25,215 nt of DNA from Octopus sinensis (taxonomy: Eukaryota): assembly GCF_006345805.1 (NCBI RefSeq), contig NW_021836335.1, positions 1 through 25,215 on the forward strand, in the 5' to 3' direction. This document shows, in pieces, positions 22,625-25,215 of the stretch. Within the stretch, counting starts at the first letter, position 1. Every line of letters begins with the position of its first letter. The position numbers were made by a program, and so were the translations under genes. Under the pieces are notes generated by a model. That model was not told where the DNA came from and ran no database searches. It saw only the letters and a program-made list of their open reading frames with translations.

Positions 22625-22748
22625 ATCTGGTATGAGCCTTGCTCCCCAATCACTAAAGTTCGGGTTCAATCCCACTGCGCTCTACCTTGGTGAAGTGTCT
22701 TCTACTAGAGGCCCAGACAGACGACAAAACTTAAAGAGGCATGTCGTA
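22625..22748 (+). mobile_element. Decayed SINE family A head
   Basis: CGGGTTCAATCCCACTGCG..ACCTTGGTGAAGTGTCTTCTACTA. Confidence 0.7.
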
Positions 22749-23098
22749 TATGTCTCTCTGCCTGTCTATCTGTCTGCATGTATGCATGCGTGTATGTATG
22801 TATTAAATGTATGTATGTATGTAAATATCTATCTATCTATCTCTTTATATGATGTATATACGATTCCAATACCTTGCAGTGAAAATGTCAACTCGTTAAT
22901 CTGACTCTTATCATATATATATATATATATATATATTGCTTCGTTTTCTAAAAAAGAAACGTTTTGGACTTACGACACTTTTGCATAATAGCAGCAACAC
23001 AAAGACATATACCTACAAACTTATACGTGTAGTATGTGTGTGTGTGTTTATATATATATATATATTTACATAAACACACACACACACACACACACATA

Positions 23099-23248
23099 TT
23101 CTCTGTGTGTGTATTTTCTCGTGTTTCTTTCTGCTGAAGAGCGCAGGCTCGAAACGTAAAAGACTTTTTTGCTTTTTGAGTGTTAAGCTAATACACCTGC
23201 TTTTTTAATACACTTGTCTTCCTCTTTTGTTTATCTGTAAATTTCAAC
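23099..23248 (+). mobile_element. Microsatellite-embedded insert with degenerate minimal hammerhead (23126-23163); putative Penelope-like pseudo-LTR
   Basis: TCTTT-CTGCTGA-A-GAGC-gcag-GCTC-GAAA-CGTA-AAAGA, then a T-rich tail ending AACT-(AT)n. Confidence 0.6.
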
Positions 23249-24139
23249 TATATATATATATATATACACACAGTTCACGTCATAAGAAACTTTCAACAGA
23301 GGATGGGGTAATTAAGTTTGTAATTAGTTCCCGTAATGCATGATTTTCAAGTTGACACAAACCATCTACTCAGAGTTTGAAATTGCTTGGAGATACAAGG
23401 CATTATACAAAACTTGCCTAAACACGTGTACTAACGGCAAGAAACTATTAGTGGGTCCTATTTGAATCTAGTGTACATTGAATAATATTTAATCCCTCGT
23501 TGGATGAGTGTCTTTTTGTTGATCTTACCTTAACGGAACAGTAAACCATATATATATATATATATATATAAATATATATATATACATATGTATGTGTGTG
23601 TGTATGTGTGCGTGTGTGTGTCTGTATGTGCGTATGTGTCTATATATAAATCTATGTGTGTGTGCCAATGAATATATTGGCATCTGGATACACATCCATG
23701 TGTATGAGTATGCTTAAGTGTTGTAGAAGTATTTATATACGTTTATATACATCGATAAACACACGGATAGCTTTTGCGTGCGAGAGAGAGAGATAGATAG
23801 AGAGAGAGAGAAAGAGAAGAAAGAGAGAGAGAGAGAGGTGGGGGGAGTGAAGGAAAGAGATAAATAAGAGAGGGTGAGTGAAGGAAAGAGAAGCAAAGAG
23901 ATAAAATGACAGGAGAGACACATAAAGATGAACGAGAGACGATTTCTAACAGAATCATATTTCACATATTTTTGGAAACGTCTTTTTTTTTTGAAGACCA
24001 AATTCCAGCAGTAAAAAAACCCAAAAAACATGGCAGTGTCTTTCAGATATTAGTGGAACCGCATATATTTTCCTTGATGTTCGGAACATGTGTGAACATC
24101 CAAGAATATTTCAAAGAAGACAATATCATGACGTCTCTC

Positions 24140-24260
24140 CGTCTCTCCTCTCTCTCTCTCTCTTTATCCTCCTTCTCGTCGTCGTCATCGTCGTCGTCGT
24201 CTTCTTGCTCCTCCTCCCCCTCCTCCTCCTCATACTCCTCCTCATTCTCATCCGCTTCCT
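24140..24260. repeat. Pyrimidine-rich (TC)n/(TCG)n/(TCC)n low-complexity tract
   Basis: Direct reading. Confidence 0.9.
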
Positions 24261-24419
24261 CTGTAACTTCCTTTTATTTTTATTTAGTCCTTTTTTCTCT
24301 CTCCCACTGCAACGCCTCTCTTACTCTCCGTCTTTCTCGTTTTCCTAACATTTCTCTCTCTCTGTATTAATATATTCTCATTTCATTGTCTCTTTCTTTT
24401 CTCTCTCCCTCTATTCTAT

Positions 24420-24808
<389 letters not shown>

Positions 24809-25215
24809 CCCCCTCGCTTTCGCTACATTTCTACGTTTGTCTCCAATTCTCTCTGCCTTCCTTTCTGATTTATCCTTCGTAAATACTATTTATCGTCGTT
24901 CACCAAATAGTATTTTTCCGAAATTATGAACACGAATCACGTGCTTCTCCCCCCCTTCTCTCTTTATCTGTATTTGTCCATTCTTTTTCGTCGAGTGTCC
25001 ATTCATCGTTTACTATCAAATTTGGAGTTTTGTAACTTTTGTCGTCTTATCAGAGTTGCTGCATTAATTTCAATACGCTCCGAAAGGCATCTGGTATATT
25101 GGTTTCATAGATTTTATAGATCCATTAATTTTTCCTTCGAGTGTTTTATACATGCCATAGGAAGTATCAAGCTGTTGACTACGATTTAACTATTAGAAAT
25201 TACGAAGGAGACAAA

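Noticed and set aside
23906-24370. 154-aa ORF with poly-Ser
   Set aside because: The second half is a pyrimidine microsatellite and the first half has no recognisable domain. A small exon cannot be excluded without RNA data.

Overview
AT-rich eukaryotic DNA, saturated with repeats, with no supportable host protein-coding gene. It is probably intronic or intergenic. The SINE families and the very high microsatellite density point to a cephalopod (Octopus-like) genome; this is an inference from recalled repeat consensus sequences, not a search. Nearly all ORFs in the supplied track are microsatellite or SINE artefacts. Contents: many copies of three tRNA-derived SINE families; decayed LINE pieces (CR1, two RLE-type, RTE-like, Tx1/L1-like); a hAT-type non-autonomous element with an internal fold-back and a nested LINE 3' end; and short inserts abutting (TA)n tracts that resemble Penelope-like pseudo-LTR fragments. 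The most interesting signal is seven minimal type-I hammerhead-ribozyme-like motifs from six different sequence families, five of them within 1.6 kb (5168-6753). One carries a compensatory U3-A8 core pair. All were folded by eye and none has been tested.
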